A stretch of 64,000 nt of DNA, taken from contig OZ024743.1 of NCBI GenBank assembly GCA_964016885.1, positions 35,836,001-35,900,000 on the forward strand. Reading direction: 5' to 3'. Shown here piece after piece: positions 1-12,810 of the stretch (position 1 is its first letter; each line of letters begins with the position of its first letter). Origin of the DNA: Eledone cirrhosa (lineage: Eukaryota). Position numbers and translations under genes: made by a program. A model generated the notes under the pieces. That model saw only the letters and a program-made list of their open reading frames with translations, was not told the origin of the DNA and did not search any database.

Positions 1-3000
1 TATTGGTGTCAGTGTTGGTAGTAATAGTTAGTGGTAGTAGTATTGGTAGTAGTATTGGTGTCAGTGTTGGTAGTAATAATTAGTGGTATTGGTGTTGGTA
101 GTAGTATTGGTGTCAGTGTTGGTAGTAATAGTTAGTGGTATTGGTGTTGGTAGTAGTATTGGTGTCAGTGTTGGTAGTAATAGTTAGTGGTAGTAGTATT
201 GGTAGTAGTATTGGTGTCAGTGTTGGTAGTAATAATTAGTGGTATTGGTGTTGGTAGTAGTATTGGTGTCAGTGTTGGTAGTAATAATTAGTGGTATTGG
301 TGTTGGTAGTAGTATTGGTGTCAGTGTTGGTAGTAATAGTTAGTGGTATTGGTGTTGGTAGTAGTATTGGTGTCAGTGTTGGTAGTAATAATTAGTGGTA
401 TTGGTATTGGTAGTAGTATTGGTGTCAGTGTTGGTAGTAATAATTAGTGGTATTGGTGTTGGTAGTAGTATTGGTGTCAGTGTTGGTAGTAATAGTTAGT
501 GGTATTGGTGTTGGTAGTAGTATTGGTGTCAGTGTTGGTAGTAATAGTTAGTGGTATTGGTGTTGGTAGTAGTATTGGTGTCAGTGTTGGTAGTAATAGT
601 TAGTGGTATTGGTATTGGTAGTAGTATTGGTGTCAGTGTTGGTAGTAATAATTAGTGGTATTGGTGTTGGTAGTAGTATTGGTGTCAGTGTTGGTAGTAA
701 TAGTTAGTGGTATTGGTGTTGGTAGTAGTATTGGTGTCAGTGTTGGTAGTAATAATTAGTGGTATTGGTATTGGTAGTAGTATTGGTGTCAGTGTTGGTA
801 GTAATAGTTAGTGGTATTGGTGTTGGTAGTAGTATTGGTGTCAGTGTTGGTAGTAATAATGAGTGGTATTGGTGTTGGTAGTAGTATTGGTGTCAGTGTT
901 GGTAGTAATAATTAGTGGTATTGGTATTGGTAGTAGTATTGGTGTCAGTGTTGGTAGTAATAGTTAGTGGTATTGGTGTTGGTAGTAGTATTGGTGTCAG
1001 TGTTGGTAGTAATAATTAGTGGTATTGGTATTGGTAGTAGTATTGGTGTCAGTGTTGGTAGTAATAATTAGTGGTATTGGTGTTGGTAGTAGTATTGGTG
1101 TCAGTGTTGGTAGTAATAATTAGTGGTATTGGTATTGGTAGTAGTATTGGTGTCAGTGTTGGTAGTAATAATTAGTGGTATTGGTGTTGGTAGTAGTATT
1201 GGTGTCAGTGTTGGTAGTAATAGTTAGTGGTATTGGTATTGGTAGTAGTATTGGTGTCAGTGTTGGTAGTAATAGTTAGTGGTATTGGTGTTGGTAGTAG
1301 TATTGGTGTCAGTGTTGGTAGTAATAGTTAGTGGTATTGGTATTGGTAGTAGTATTGGTGTCAGTGTTGGTAGTAATAATTAGTGGTATTGGTGTTGGTA
1401 GTAGTATTGGTGTCAGTGTTGGTAGTAATAGTTAGTGGTATTGGTGTTGGTAGTAGTATTGGTGTCAGTGTTGGTAGTAATAATTAGTGGTATTGGTATT
1501 GGTAGTAGTATTGGTGTCAGTGTTGGTAGTAATAGTTAGTGGTATTGGTGTTGGTAGTAGTATTGGTGTCAGTGTTGGTAGTAATAGTTAGTGGTATTGG
1601 TGTTGGTAGTAGTATTGGTGTCAGTGTTGGTAGTAATAATTAGTGGTATTGGTGTTGGTAGTAGTATTGGTGTCAGTGTTGGTAGTAATAGTTAGTGGTA
1701 TTGGTGTTGGTAGTAGTATTGGTGTCAGTGTTGGTAGTAATAGTTAGTGGTATTGGTGTTGGTAGTAGTATTGGTGTCAGTGTTGGTAGTAATAGTTAGT
1801 GGTATTGGTATTGGTAGTAGTATTGGTGTCAGTGTTGGTAGTAATAATTAGTGGTATTGGTGTTGGTAGTAGTATTGGTGTCAGTGTTGGTAGTAATAGT
1901 TAGTGGTATTGGTGTTGGTAGTAGTATTGGTGTCAGTGTTGGTAGTATTAATTAGTGGTATTAGTATTGGTAGTAGTATTGGTGTCAGTGTTGCTAGTAA
2001 TAATTAGTGGTATTGGTGTTGGTAGTAGTATTGGTGTCAGTGTTGGTAGTAATAGTTAGTGGTATTGGTGTTGGTAGTAGTATTGGTGTCAGTGTTGGTA
2101 GTATTAATTAGTGGTATTAGTATTGGTAGTAGTATTGGTGTCAGTGTTGGTAGTAATAATTAGTGGTATTGGTGTTGGTAGTAGTATTGGTGTCAGTGTT
2201 GGTAGTAATAGTTAGTGGTATTGGTGTTGGTAGTAGTATTGGTGTCAGTGTTGGTAGTAATAATTAGTGGTATTGGTGTTGGTAGTAGTATTGGTGTCAG
2301 TGTTGGTAGTAATAGTTAGTGGTATTGGTGTTGGTAGTAGTATTGGTGTCAGTGTTGGTAGTAATAGTTAGTGGTATTGGTGTTGGTAGTAGTATTGGTG
2401 TCAGTGTTGGTAGTAATAATTAGTGGTATTGGTGTTGGTAGTAGTATTAGTAGTAATAGTTAGTGGTATTGGTGTTGGTAGTAGTATTGGTGTCAGTGTT
2501 GGTAGTAATAGTTAGTGGTATTGGTGTTGGTAGTAGTATTGGTGTCAGTGTTGGTAGTAATAGTTAGTGGTATTGGTGTTGGTAGTAGTATTGGTGTCAG
2601 TGTTGGTAGTAATAATTAGTGGTATTGGTGTTGGTAGTAGTATTAGTAGTAATAGTTAGTGGTATTGGTGTTGGTAGTAGTATTGGTGTCAGTGTTGGTA
2701 GTAATAATTAGTGGTATTGGTGTTGGTAGTAGTATTGGTGTCAGTGTTGGTAGTAATAATTAGTGGTATTGGTGTTGGTAGTAGTATTAGTAGTAATAGT
2801 TAGTGGTATTGGTGTTGGTAGTAGTATTGGTGTCAGTGTTGGTAGTAATAGTTAGTGGTATTGGTGTTGGTAGTAGTATTGGTGTCAGTGTTGGTAGTAA
2901 TAGTTAGTGGTATTGGTGTTGGTAGTAGTATTGGTGTCAGTGTTGGTAGTAATAATTAGTGGTATTGGTATTGGTAGCAGTATTGGTGTCAGTGTTGGTA

Positions 3001-4400
3001 GTAATAGTTAGTGGTATTGGTGTTGGTAGTAGTATTGGTGTCAGTGTTGGTAGTAATAATTAGTGGTATTGGTGTTGGTAGTAGTATTGGTGTCAGTGTT
3101 GGTAGTAATAGTTAGTGGTATTGGTATTGGTAGTATTATTGGTGTCAGTGTTGGTAGTAATAATTAGTGGTATTGGTATTGGTAGTATTATTGGTGTCAG
3201 TGTTGGTAGTAATAATTAGTGGTATTGGTGTTGGTAGTAGTATTGGTGTCAGTGTTGGTAGTAATAATTAGTGGTATTGGTGTTGGTAGTAGTATTAGTA
3301 GTAATAGTTAGTGGTATTGGTGTTGGTAGTAGTATTGGTGTCAGTGTTGGTAGTAATAGTTAGTGGTATTGGTGTTGGTAGTAGTATTGTTAGTAATAGT
3401 TAGTGGTATTGGTATTGGTAGTAGTATTGGTGTCAATGTTGGTAGTAATAATTAGTGGTATTGGTGTTGGTAGTAGTATTGGTGTCAATGTTGGTAGTAA
3501 TAGTTAGTGGTATTGGTGTTGGTAGTAGTATTGTTAGTAATAGTTAGTGGTATTGGTATTGGTAGTAGTATTGGTGTCAATGTTGGTAGTAATAGTTAGT
3601 GGTATTGGTGTTGGTAGTAGTATTAGTAGTAATAGTTAGTGGTATTGGTATTGGTAGTAGTATTGGTGTCAGTGTTGGTAGTAATAGTTAGTGGTATTGG
3701 TATTGGTAGTAGTATTGGTGTCAGTGTTGGTAGTAATAGTTAGTGGTATTGGTATTGGTAGTAGTATTGGTGTCAGTGTTGGTAGTAATAGTTAGTGGTA
3801 TTGGTGTTGGTAGTAGTATTGTTAGTAATAGTTAGTGGTATTGGTATTGGTAGTAGTATTGGTGTCAATGTTGGTAGTAATAATTAGTGGTATTGGTGTT
3901 GGTAGTAGTATTGGTGTCAGTATTGGTAGTAATAGTTAGTGGTATTGGTATTGGTAGTAGTATTGGTGTCAGTGTTGGTAGTAATAGTTAGTGGTATTGG
4001 TGTTGGTAGTAGTATTGGTGTCAGTGTTGGTAGTAATAGTTAGTGGTATTGGTATTGGTAGTAGTATTGGTGTCAGTGTTGGTAGTAATAGTTAGTGGTA
4101 TTGGTGTTGGTAGTAGTATTGTTAGTAATAGTTAGTGGTATTGGTATTGGTAGTAGTATTGGTGTCAATGTTGGTAGTAATAATTAGTGGTATTGGTGTT
4201 GGTAGTAGTATTGGTGTCAGTATTGGTAGTAATAGTTAGTGGTATTGGTATTGGTAGTAGTATTGGTGTCAGTGTTGGTAGTAATAGTTAGTGGTATTGG
4301 TGTTGGTAGTAGTATTGTTAGTAATAGTTAGTGGTATTGGTATTGGTAGTAGTATTGGTGTCAGTGTTGGTAGTAATAATTAGTGGTATTGGTGTTGGTA
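1..4400. repeat. Minisatellite, 52-bp unit (TATTGGTGTCAGTGTTGGTAGTAATAGTTAGTGGTATTGGTGTTGGTAGTAG), runs off window start
   Basis: Unit start recurs at 1, 53, 261, 521, 781 (period 52). Shorter deletion variants appear after ~2445. Confidence 0.97.
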
Positions 4401-4402
4401 TA

Positions 4403-5935
4403 ATGTCGGTGTTGTGATGGTAGTGGTGGTAGTAGTGGTAGTAGTGTATGTGTTGTGATGGTAGTGGTGGTAGTAGTGGTAGTAGTGTCGGTGTTGTGAT
4501 GGTAGTGGTGGTAGTAGTGGTAGTAGTGTCGGTGTTGTGATGGTAGTGGTGGTAGTTGTGGTAGTAGTGTCGGTGTTGTGGTGGTAGTGGTGGTAGTGGT
4601 GGTAGTAGTGGTAGATGCGTTGGTGTTGTGATGGTTGTGGTGGTAGTAGTGGTAGTAGTGTCGGTGTTTTGATGGTAGTGGTGGTAGTAGTGGTAGTAGT
4701 GTCAGTGTTGTGATGGTAGCGGTGGTAGTAGTGGTAGTAGTGTCGGTGTTGTGGTGGTAGTAGTGGTAGTAGTGTCAGTGTTGTGATGGTAGCGGTGGTA
4801 GTAGTGGTAGTAGTGTCGTTGTTGTGATGGTAGTGGTGGTAGTGGTGGTAGTAGTGGTAGAAGTGTTGGTGTTGTGATGGTTGTGGTGGTAGTAGTGGTA
4901 GTAGTGTCGGTGTTTTGATGGTAGTGGTGGTAGTAGTGGTAGTAGTGTCGGTGTTGTGATATTAGTGGTGTTAGTGGTGGTAGTAGTGGTAGTAGTGTCG
5001 GTGTTGTGATGGTAGTGGTGGTAGTAGTGGTAGTAGTGTCAGTGTTGTGATGGTAGTGGTGGTAGTAGTGGTAGTAGTGTCAGTGTTGTGATGGTAGTGG
5101 TGGTAGTAGTGGTAGTAGTGGTAGTAGTGTCGGTGTTGTGATGGTAGTGGTGGTAGTAGTGGTAGTAGTGGTAGTAGTGTCGGTGTTGTGATGGTAGTGG
5201 TGGTAGTAGTAGTAGTAGTGGTAGTAGTGTCGGTGTTGTGATGGTAGTGGTGGTTGTGGTGGTAGTAGTGGTAGTAGTGTCGGTGTTGTGATGGTAGTGG
5301 TGGTAGTAGTGGTAGTAGTGGTAGTAGTGTCGGTGTTGTGATGGTAGTGGTGGTAGTAGTGGTAGTAGTGGTAGCAGTGTCGGTGTTGTGATGGTAGTGG
5401 TGGTAGTAGTGGTAGTAGTGGTAGTAGTGTCGGTGTTGTGATGGTAGTGGTGGTAGTAGTAGTAGTAGTGGTAGTAGTGTCGGTGTTGTGATGGTAGTGG
5501 TGGTAGTAGTGGTAGTAGTGGTAGCAGTGTCGGTGTTGTGATGGTAGTGGTGGTAGTAGTGGTAGTAGTGGTAGTAGTGTCGGTGTTGTGATGGTAGTGG
5601 TGGTAGTAGTGGTAGTAGTGGTAGTAGTGTCGGTGTTGTGATGGTAGTGGTGGTAGTAGTGGTAGTAGTGGTAGTAGTGTCGGTGTTGTGATGGTAGTGG
5701 TGGTAGTAGTGGTAGTAGTGTCGGTGTTGTGATGGCAGTAGTGGTAGTAGTGGTAGAAGTGTTGGTGTTGTGATGGTAGTGGTGGTAGTGGTGGTAGTAG
5801 TGTCGGTGTTGTGATGGTAGTGTTGGTAGTAGTGGTAGTAGTGTCAGTGTTGTGATGGTAGTGGTGGTAGTAGTGGTAGTAGTGTCGGTGTTGTGGTGGT
5901 AGTAGTGGTAGTAGTGTCGGTGTTGTGAGAGGTGA
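4403..5935. repeat. Minisatellite, 41/50-bp unit (CGGTGTTGTGATGGTAGTGGTGGTAGTAGTGGTAGTAGTGGTAGTAGTGT)
   Basis: Exact 50-bp periodicity at 5131, 5181, 5231 onward. 41-bp variants lie upstream. Confidence 0.95.
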
Positions 5936-5945
5936 AGTGGTGGTG

Positions 5946-6013
<68 letters not shown>

Positions 6014-6183
6014 CGTCGTAGTCGTAGTAGTAGTAGTAGTAGTCGTAGTAGTAGTAGTAGTCGTAGTAGTAGTAGTAGTAGTAGTGGTCGTGGTGGTAGT
6101 TGTAGTAGTAGTAGTAGTAGTAGTAGTTGTAGTGGTGGTGGTTGTAGTTGTAGTAGTATTAGTAGTAGTATTAGTAGTAGTAT

Positions 6184-6222
<39 letters not shown>
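5936..6222. repeat. (GGT)n/(AGT)n trinucleotide microsatellite
   Basis: Direct reading. Confidence 0.95.
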
Positions 6223-6224
<2 letters not shown>

Positions 6225-6304
6225 CAACGTATGGAAGAAGGAAGAAACATTTTAGAAACACACCAAGAGAAGAATGAAATTTTGTTTCTACTATCTCTAT
6301 ACTG

Positions 6305-6308
6305 TATA

Positions 6309-6355
<47 letters not shown>

Positions 6356-6360
6356 TACAG

Positions 6361-6416
<56 letters not shown>

Positions 6417-6479
6417 AATGGATATATATATATATATGTGTGTGTATGGATATATATATATATATATGTGTGTGTGTAT

Positions 6480-6533
<54 letters not shown>

Positions 6534-6616
6534 ATATGTATGTATATATATATATATATAATATATATATACGTAAGTATATCCATACACACACACACAT
6601 ACATATATACACACAC

Positions 6617-6659
<43 letters not shown>

Positions 6660-6712
6660 CCATACACACACACACACACATGCACACATACACACACACA
6701 CACACACCACAC

Positions 6713-6748
<36 letters not shown>
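6305..6748. repeat. Compound (TA)/(TG)/(CA) microsatellite
   Basis: Direct reading. Confidence 0.9.
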
Positions 6749-6752
<4 letters not shown>

Positions 6753-6912
6753 CTCTTTAGTACTTACTGAGTTTTTCAGGCCGTTTTTTTTTTTGCGGTG
6801 TCTTTTTTTAAATATTCCTATTGATGTGATTTATTTCTATACTTTGTTTAATTTCGAAAAGAAATTCATTCTTGCAGCGAATATTAAAGATATTATTAAA
6901 TAGTAATAATAG

Positions 6913-6936
6913 CGATGATGATGGTGATGATGATGG

Positions 6937-6977
<41 letters not shown>

Positions 6978-7310
6978 GTGATGATGGTGATGATGATGGT
7001 GGCGTTTGTGATAATGATACTGGGCGAATGTTTGGCGATGACGTTGATGTTGGTAAAATCAGTGGTAGTGGTAGTTATGGTGGTGGTGCTGGTGGTGGTA
7101 CTGGTGGTAGTGGTTATGGTGGTAGTGGTGGTGGTGTTAGTTTTGATGATGGTAGTGGTAGTGGTAGCGGTGGTTATGGTGGCAGTGGTGGTTATGGTGA
7201 TGGTGGTGGTAGTTGTGGCGGTAGTGGTGGTTATGGTGCTAGTGGTGGTTATGGTGGTGGTAGTGTTAGTTGTGATGATGGTAGTGGTTGTGGTGATGGT
7301 GGAGGTGGCT
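6913..7310. repeat. (GAT)n/(GGT)n low-complexity tract
   Basis: Direct reading. The Asp/Gly-rich ORF is a by-product. Confidence 0.85.
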
Positions 7311-7520
7311 TGTGAATGGTGGACAAACTAGAAAGAGAGAGTGAGAGAGGGAGAGAGTGAGAAAGCTTGTGTGTGCGCGTGTGAGATAGATAGAGAGAGA
7401 GAGAATGTTTGTGTGTGTGTGTGTGTGTGTGAGAGAAAGAAAGAGAGAGAGAGATAGATAAATAGATAGATATAGAGGGAGAGAGAGTGAGAGAGAGAGA
7501 ATATTTATGTGTGTGAGAGA

Positions 7521-7576
<56 letters not shown>

Positions 7577-7603
7577 TAGAGCGAGAGAGGGAGAGAGCGA
7601 GAA

Positions 7604-7655
<52 letters not shown>

Positions 7656-8201
7656 ATACGATACTCCAGGGGTATTTGTCTATTATATAAACTGAGAGGG
7701 GATCGAGGGTAGAAGGGAAAGAATAAATGACGGCAACATAAAGAAAGGAATTTGATTAAATTTTAGGGATATGAAAAATAAAACGGAGCCTCATATACAT
7801 ATAAAGATATATATATATGTACATACATACATTGATACATACATACATACATGCATATATACATACATACATATATACATACATACATATATAAATACAT
7901 AGATACATATATACATACATACATACATACATAGAAACATACATACATTTATACATAGATAGATATAAACATACATACACACATACATATATACATACAT
8001 ACATATATACATACATACATAGAAACATACATACATACATACATTTATACATAGATAGATATAAACATACATACACACATACATACATGCATACATGCAT
8101 ACATGCATACATGCATACATGCATACATACATACACACACATATGTGTGTTTTGATGTATGTATGTATGCATGTATGCATGTATATATGTATATATGTAT
8201 G

Positions 8202-8233
<32 letters not shown>

Positions 8234-8683
8234 TGTATGTATGTATATGTATGTATGTGAATATATATATACATATATGTATGTATACACATACAGACAG
8301 ACAGACAGACACACATATATATATACACACATATATATACACACACACATACATATGTATATGTTCGCAAGGAAATTTGGAATGATAATTATTCAAAATG
8401 GCGATTGTATTGTGGGGCTGTGTTTAGTGGCGAGGTATTTCGTGATGATTGATAGAAGTTATTGGGTGAAGCTAACATTGTCTACACATGTGTCATAAAG
8501 GGAATTATGTCGTCCACTTGTCAAGGAACATGACTGTATGTGTGAGAGATCTTGTGTTTGTGATATTTGGCAAGTACTCATATATTCATGTTTGATCTGT
8601 ACGGTGGAGATGCATCTGTTAGTATGTGTGGTTGTTATGTGAAATTCAGTAATATATATTGATACACACACGCACACATACAT

Positions 8684-8808
<125 letters not shown>

Positions 8809-8872
8809 AATGAAGTATTTCCGTCAGAAAGGTACAGGAAAAAAGAGTGCTCTATGTAGGCTACATAGCTTA

Positions 8873-9035
8873 TTAGTTATGTAATAAACACCATAAGATA
8901 ATTATTTCATTTACCAATGGTTTCTTGAAGACAGATGTGTCTGTCTTCAGTTGTCAGAAGACAGACACAACATCTGTCTTCAAGAAGCCAGTGGTAAATG
9001 AAATAATTATCTTATGTTGTTTATTACATAACTAA
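8873..9035. repeat. Palindromic short element (~75-bp arms) near (TA)n
   Basis: TTAGTTATGTAATAAAC... mirrored by ...GTTTATTACATAACTAA. A related single arm is at ~44768-44830. Confidence 0.85.
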
Positions 9036-9049
9036 ATATATATATACAT

Positions 9050-9088
<39 letters not shown>

Positions 9089-9094
9089 CATATA

Positions 9095-9455
9095 TCGTTT
9101 CTGAATTTTGTTTAGCAAGATTCTTTATCTGAAAACGTGTGTTGAAACCGATATTGTTATACTTTGGGAGGCTCATGTTGCCAATAAGAAACACACGCAC
9201 CAGTTGCTTTCACTTCAATTTATTATAATAAATTTATAAATTTAGGAATTTATACATTTCCGGTTGGTTGGTTGATTCCACAACCATATGGTTGTTTATA
9301 TATTGTCAAAGTTCTTTCGTCACACATTCTGGAACCAACCAACCAACCGGAAATTTATAAATTCCTAAATTTATAAATGTATTATAATAAATTGAAGTGG
9401 AAGCAACTGGTGCGTGTGTTTCTTATTGGCAACATGACCCTCCCAAAGTATAACA

Positions 9456-9459
<4 letters not shown>
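9095..9459. mobile_element. Non-autonomous inverted-repeat element (arms 9151-9280 / 9330-9459); relatives at ~9885-10210 and ~47971-48300
   Basis: ~130-bp arms. Copies share GTTATACTTTGGGAGG-like ends and a central TCAAAGTTCTTTCGT motif. Confidence 0.75.
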
Positions 9460-9486
<27 letters not shown>

Positions 9487-9487
9487 C

Positions 9488-9519
<32 letters not shown>

Positions 9520-9649
9520 AGAGGAAAAGAGTTAGGACCCGACGGCTGAGCTCCGGCCTTTTCGACAGCTAGACCAGCTATATATATATATATATCAAGT
9601 AAGTATGTTTTGAAACAGTGAGCAGGTTTGAAATTAGAAAATAGAATAG

Positions 9650-9821
9650 CTTTCACCGTATTTTTGACTAAAGGAATTTTAGCCTGATAATGGGGTTTAG
9701 AACCCTCAGATAAATGGAAAAAGATGAGTATTGACGTACATACTCATCTTTTTCCATTTATCTGAGGGTTCTAAACCCCATTATCAGGCTAAAATTTCTT
9801 TAGTCAAAAATACGGTGAAAG
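9650..9821. repeat. Near-perfect palindrome (~82-bp arms) with degenerate hammerhead-like core
   Basis: CTTTCACCGTATTTTTGACTAAAG.../...CTTTAGTCAAAAATACGGTGAAAG. Arm contains CTGATAA-TGGGGTT-TAG-AACCCT. Confidence 0.85.
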
Positions 9822-10406
9822 ATATATATATATATATATACACACATGCGTTTTCACACACACATATATATATATATACACACATGTATTTGCTTTGCAA
9901 GATTCTTGATGTGAAATCGTGTGTTGGAACCGCTATTGTTATATTTAGGGATGGTCTTGTTGCCACTATTGCCAATGAACAGAGTCACACTACTCGTTAG
10001 TTCATCAAAGTTCTTTCGTCAGAAGAGGAGGCACAAAAGAGAACAGATAGTCATTGAGGAGGTCACAGAATGCGTGACAAAAAAATTTTTTCACGAAATA
10101 ACGAATAACTAGTAATAAAAATATAGTGTAATGGTGAAAATCATATGGTGCGTATGTTTCTTTTTATTATCAATCCTGGCAACATGACCACCCCCAAATC
10201 TAACAATATATATATTAATAATATGTAGGTGAAAAATATAATTATTAAGGTCAGTTACTACAACGCCGCCAAAGCAGGTACTTATGTTTCGTTGGTCCTG
10301 GTGATCCTGTGATAAACAGGCGAAACTCCACAGTAACAAGATTCAGCATATTAAAACTCTACTCCGGTACTGAGTACTCTTTTCTCTCAGCCGTCAACCA
10401 TATACG

Positions 10407-10461
<55 letters not shown>

Positions 10462-10578
10462 GATAAATCTAACAAAATATACGGTAGTGTCCAATCCGTA
10501 TGAAGAACTCAATGTAATCCAAATATCATGAAAAGAGAAGCTGCATTCAAAATTTTTCGATGAAAATCACAGGAATCA

Positions 10579-10712
10579 CATTATTTCTGAAGACAGCATA
10601 TATATGTGAAGGTATGTATATTTCCTCCGATAGTTTGTAATATTTTTACATAGATCCATATGATATACATACCAACACACATATATATCCTAGAAACGAT
10701 CGTAAAATGATG
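10579..10712 (+). ncRNA. Type I hammerhead ribozyme motif with long stem II
   Basis: Stem I CATTATTT/AAATGATG, core CTGAAGA (10587), stem II ATATATATGTG/CACATATATAT with mismatched base, GAAAC-GATC-GTA (palindromic stem III ACGATCGT). Confidence 0.75.
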
Positions 10713-10784
10713 AATTTTTAAAAATAAGGAACTTGTTCTTTGTTTTTATTCATTGTTTTTATTAATTTATATATATATATATAT

Positions 10785-10980
10785 AACGAAGGAAATGTGG
10801 TAAGGAACCAGGTAGACCATAACACACCAAAGTACTCAATACTTAGGGTAGTAGAGTGGGTAATAGGAACGAGTAGTACCCCGATGGCTGAGCTCAAGCC
10901 GTTTCGACGGCTAATTCTGGACTTTTAGTCCAGAATTAGCCGTCGAAACGGCTTGAGCTCAGCCGTCGGGGTCCTACTCG

Positions 10981-10983
<3 letters not shown>
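10785..10983. mobile_element. Penelope-like pseudo-LTR fragment with terminal palindrome (10867-10983) carrying hammerhead 3' halves
   Basis: GAAACGGCTTGAGCTCAGCCGTCGGGGT on both arms. Same family as ~9525, ~18365, ~25450, ~34840 and 62950-64000. Confidence 0.75.
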
Positions 10984-11014
<31 letters not shown>

Positions 11015-11066
11015 ATATAGAAAGGCTTCTACAGGACTAGAACTGTTTCATTCGGGAGAAATCATC

Positions 11067-11119
11067 AGGCCTCCTGATGATTTCTTCCGAATGAAACAGT
11101 TCTTGTCCTGTAGAAGCCT
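11067..11119 (+). ncRNA. Type I hammerhead ribozyme inside palindromic element 11008-11205
   Basis: Stem I AGGCCTC/GAAGCCT (1 mismatch), CTGATGA (11074), short stem II TTC/GAA, GAAACAG..CTGT-A (GUA triplet at 11110-11112). Confidence 0.75.
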
Positions 11120-11204
11120 TTCTATATTAAATATTTATACTCTGCTTTGTATAGAGTACCTTACTTACTGTGGTTACTCCCGATTGAACCCGAGATAAAC
11201 TTAT

Positions 11205-11236
<32 letters not shown>

Positions 11237-11240
11237 TAAT

Positions 11241-11273
<33 letters not shown>

Positions 11274-11660
11274 GGGGGGGGAGAGATGTATGTATATATA
11301 CTACACATTCTTTAAAAATGCATCTGTAATGATATACAAAACATGCACGCACACACACGCACACACACACATACACACAAATCGCAGGCAATGATTTAAA
11401 TATTTAATGGCTTCAAACGCATTCAATGTACATTGTACGTTATCAGGAACACTTTTGTGTGTTTGCATATATGCACGAATATATTTATACACATACATGC
11501 AAAGGCACACCCATGCACATATATATATGTTTATATAGATGCATATATAAATATTTGTATTATAAATATACATACACTCACACATGCACACACACACACA
11601 TACGTGTATATATATATATATATACATACATCTAAACCACAGACCCTCCATCTCAACTCA

Positions 11661-11698
11661 CCTTTTGAAAAGCAGAAGAACTGCGAAACCGGTAAAGG
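11661..11698 (+). ncRNA. Minimal type I hammerhead ribozyme, U3-A8 core variant
   Basis: CCTT-TTGAAAA-GCAG(AAGAA)CTGC-GAAA-CCGGT-A-AAGG: all three stems pair, and stem III is the palindrome ACCGGT. Confidence 0.85.
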
Positions 11699-11767
11699 AA
11701 CCAAATAAATATATATATTTCTTTAAAAAATAAGACTCCAGTTGCTTTTTCGATTTCATCTCTTTTT

Positions 11768-11827
<60 letters not shown>

Positions 11828-11837
11828 TATATATATA

Positions 11838-11900
<63 letters not shown>

Positions 11901-11923
11901 CATATATATATATACATATGTAG

Positions 11924-11959
<36 letters not shown>

Positions 11960-12354
11960 TACGCATATATAAACAGTTATGTATTTTGTAAGCTTTTTCT
12001 ATCTATCCCTGCTACAATATTTCGTTTTGTATATGTGTATCTTTAACTCCAGCATGGCCATATAGGTTTTGCTGTGCAAGAATATAATTTATATAAGCAA
12101 AATTCATTTATGTATCAAATATATATTTAAAATCTTCACACTTAGGTATATAAGTACACACAGAGATTCACAAATGTATTCAGTGACATACCCGCGTTCG
12201 CCCACTCCAACACACAAATATATTTAAATATGTTTGTGTGCCCACAAACATATTTAAAAAACAAAACAAAAAAACCCCAAAAAACCAATGCTACACGCGT
12301 ATGTATGTATTTTTTAAACACACATTAGCTGATATACATATGCACTTAAACAAG

Positions 12355-12810
<456 letters not shown>

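Noticed and set aside
1-4400. CRISPR-like or telomeric array
   Set aside because: No unique spacers and no TTAGGG-type unit
5039-6770. Long ORFs (557, 544, 281 aa)
   Set aside because: Translations of mini- and microsatellites with no domain content
6872-7315. Asp/Gly-rich structural-protein-like ORF
   Set aside because: GAT/GGT low-complexity tract, open in two frames, non-ATG start, no splice evidence
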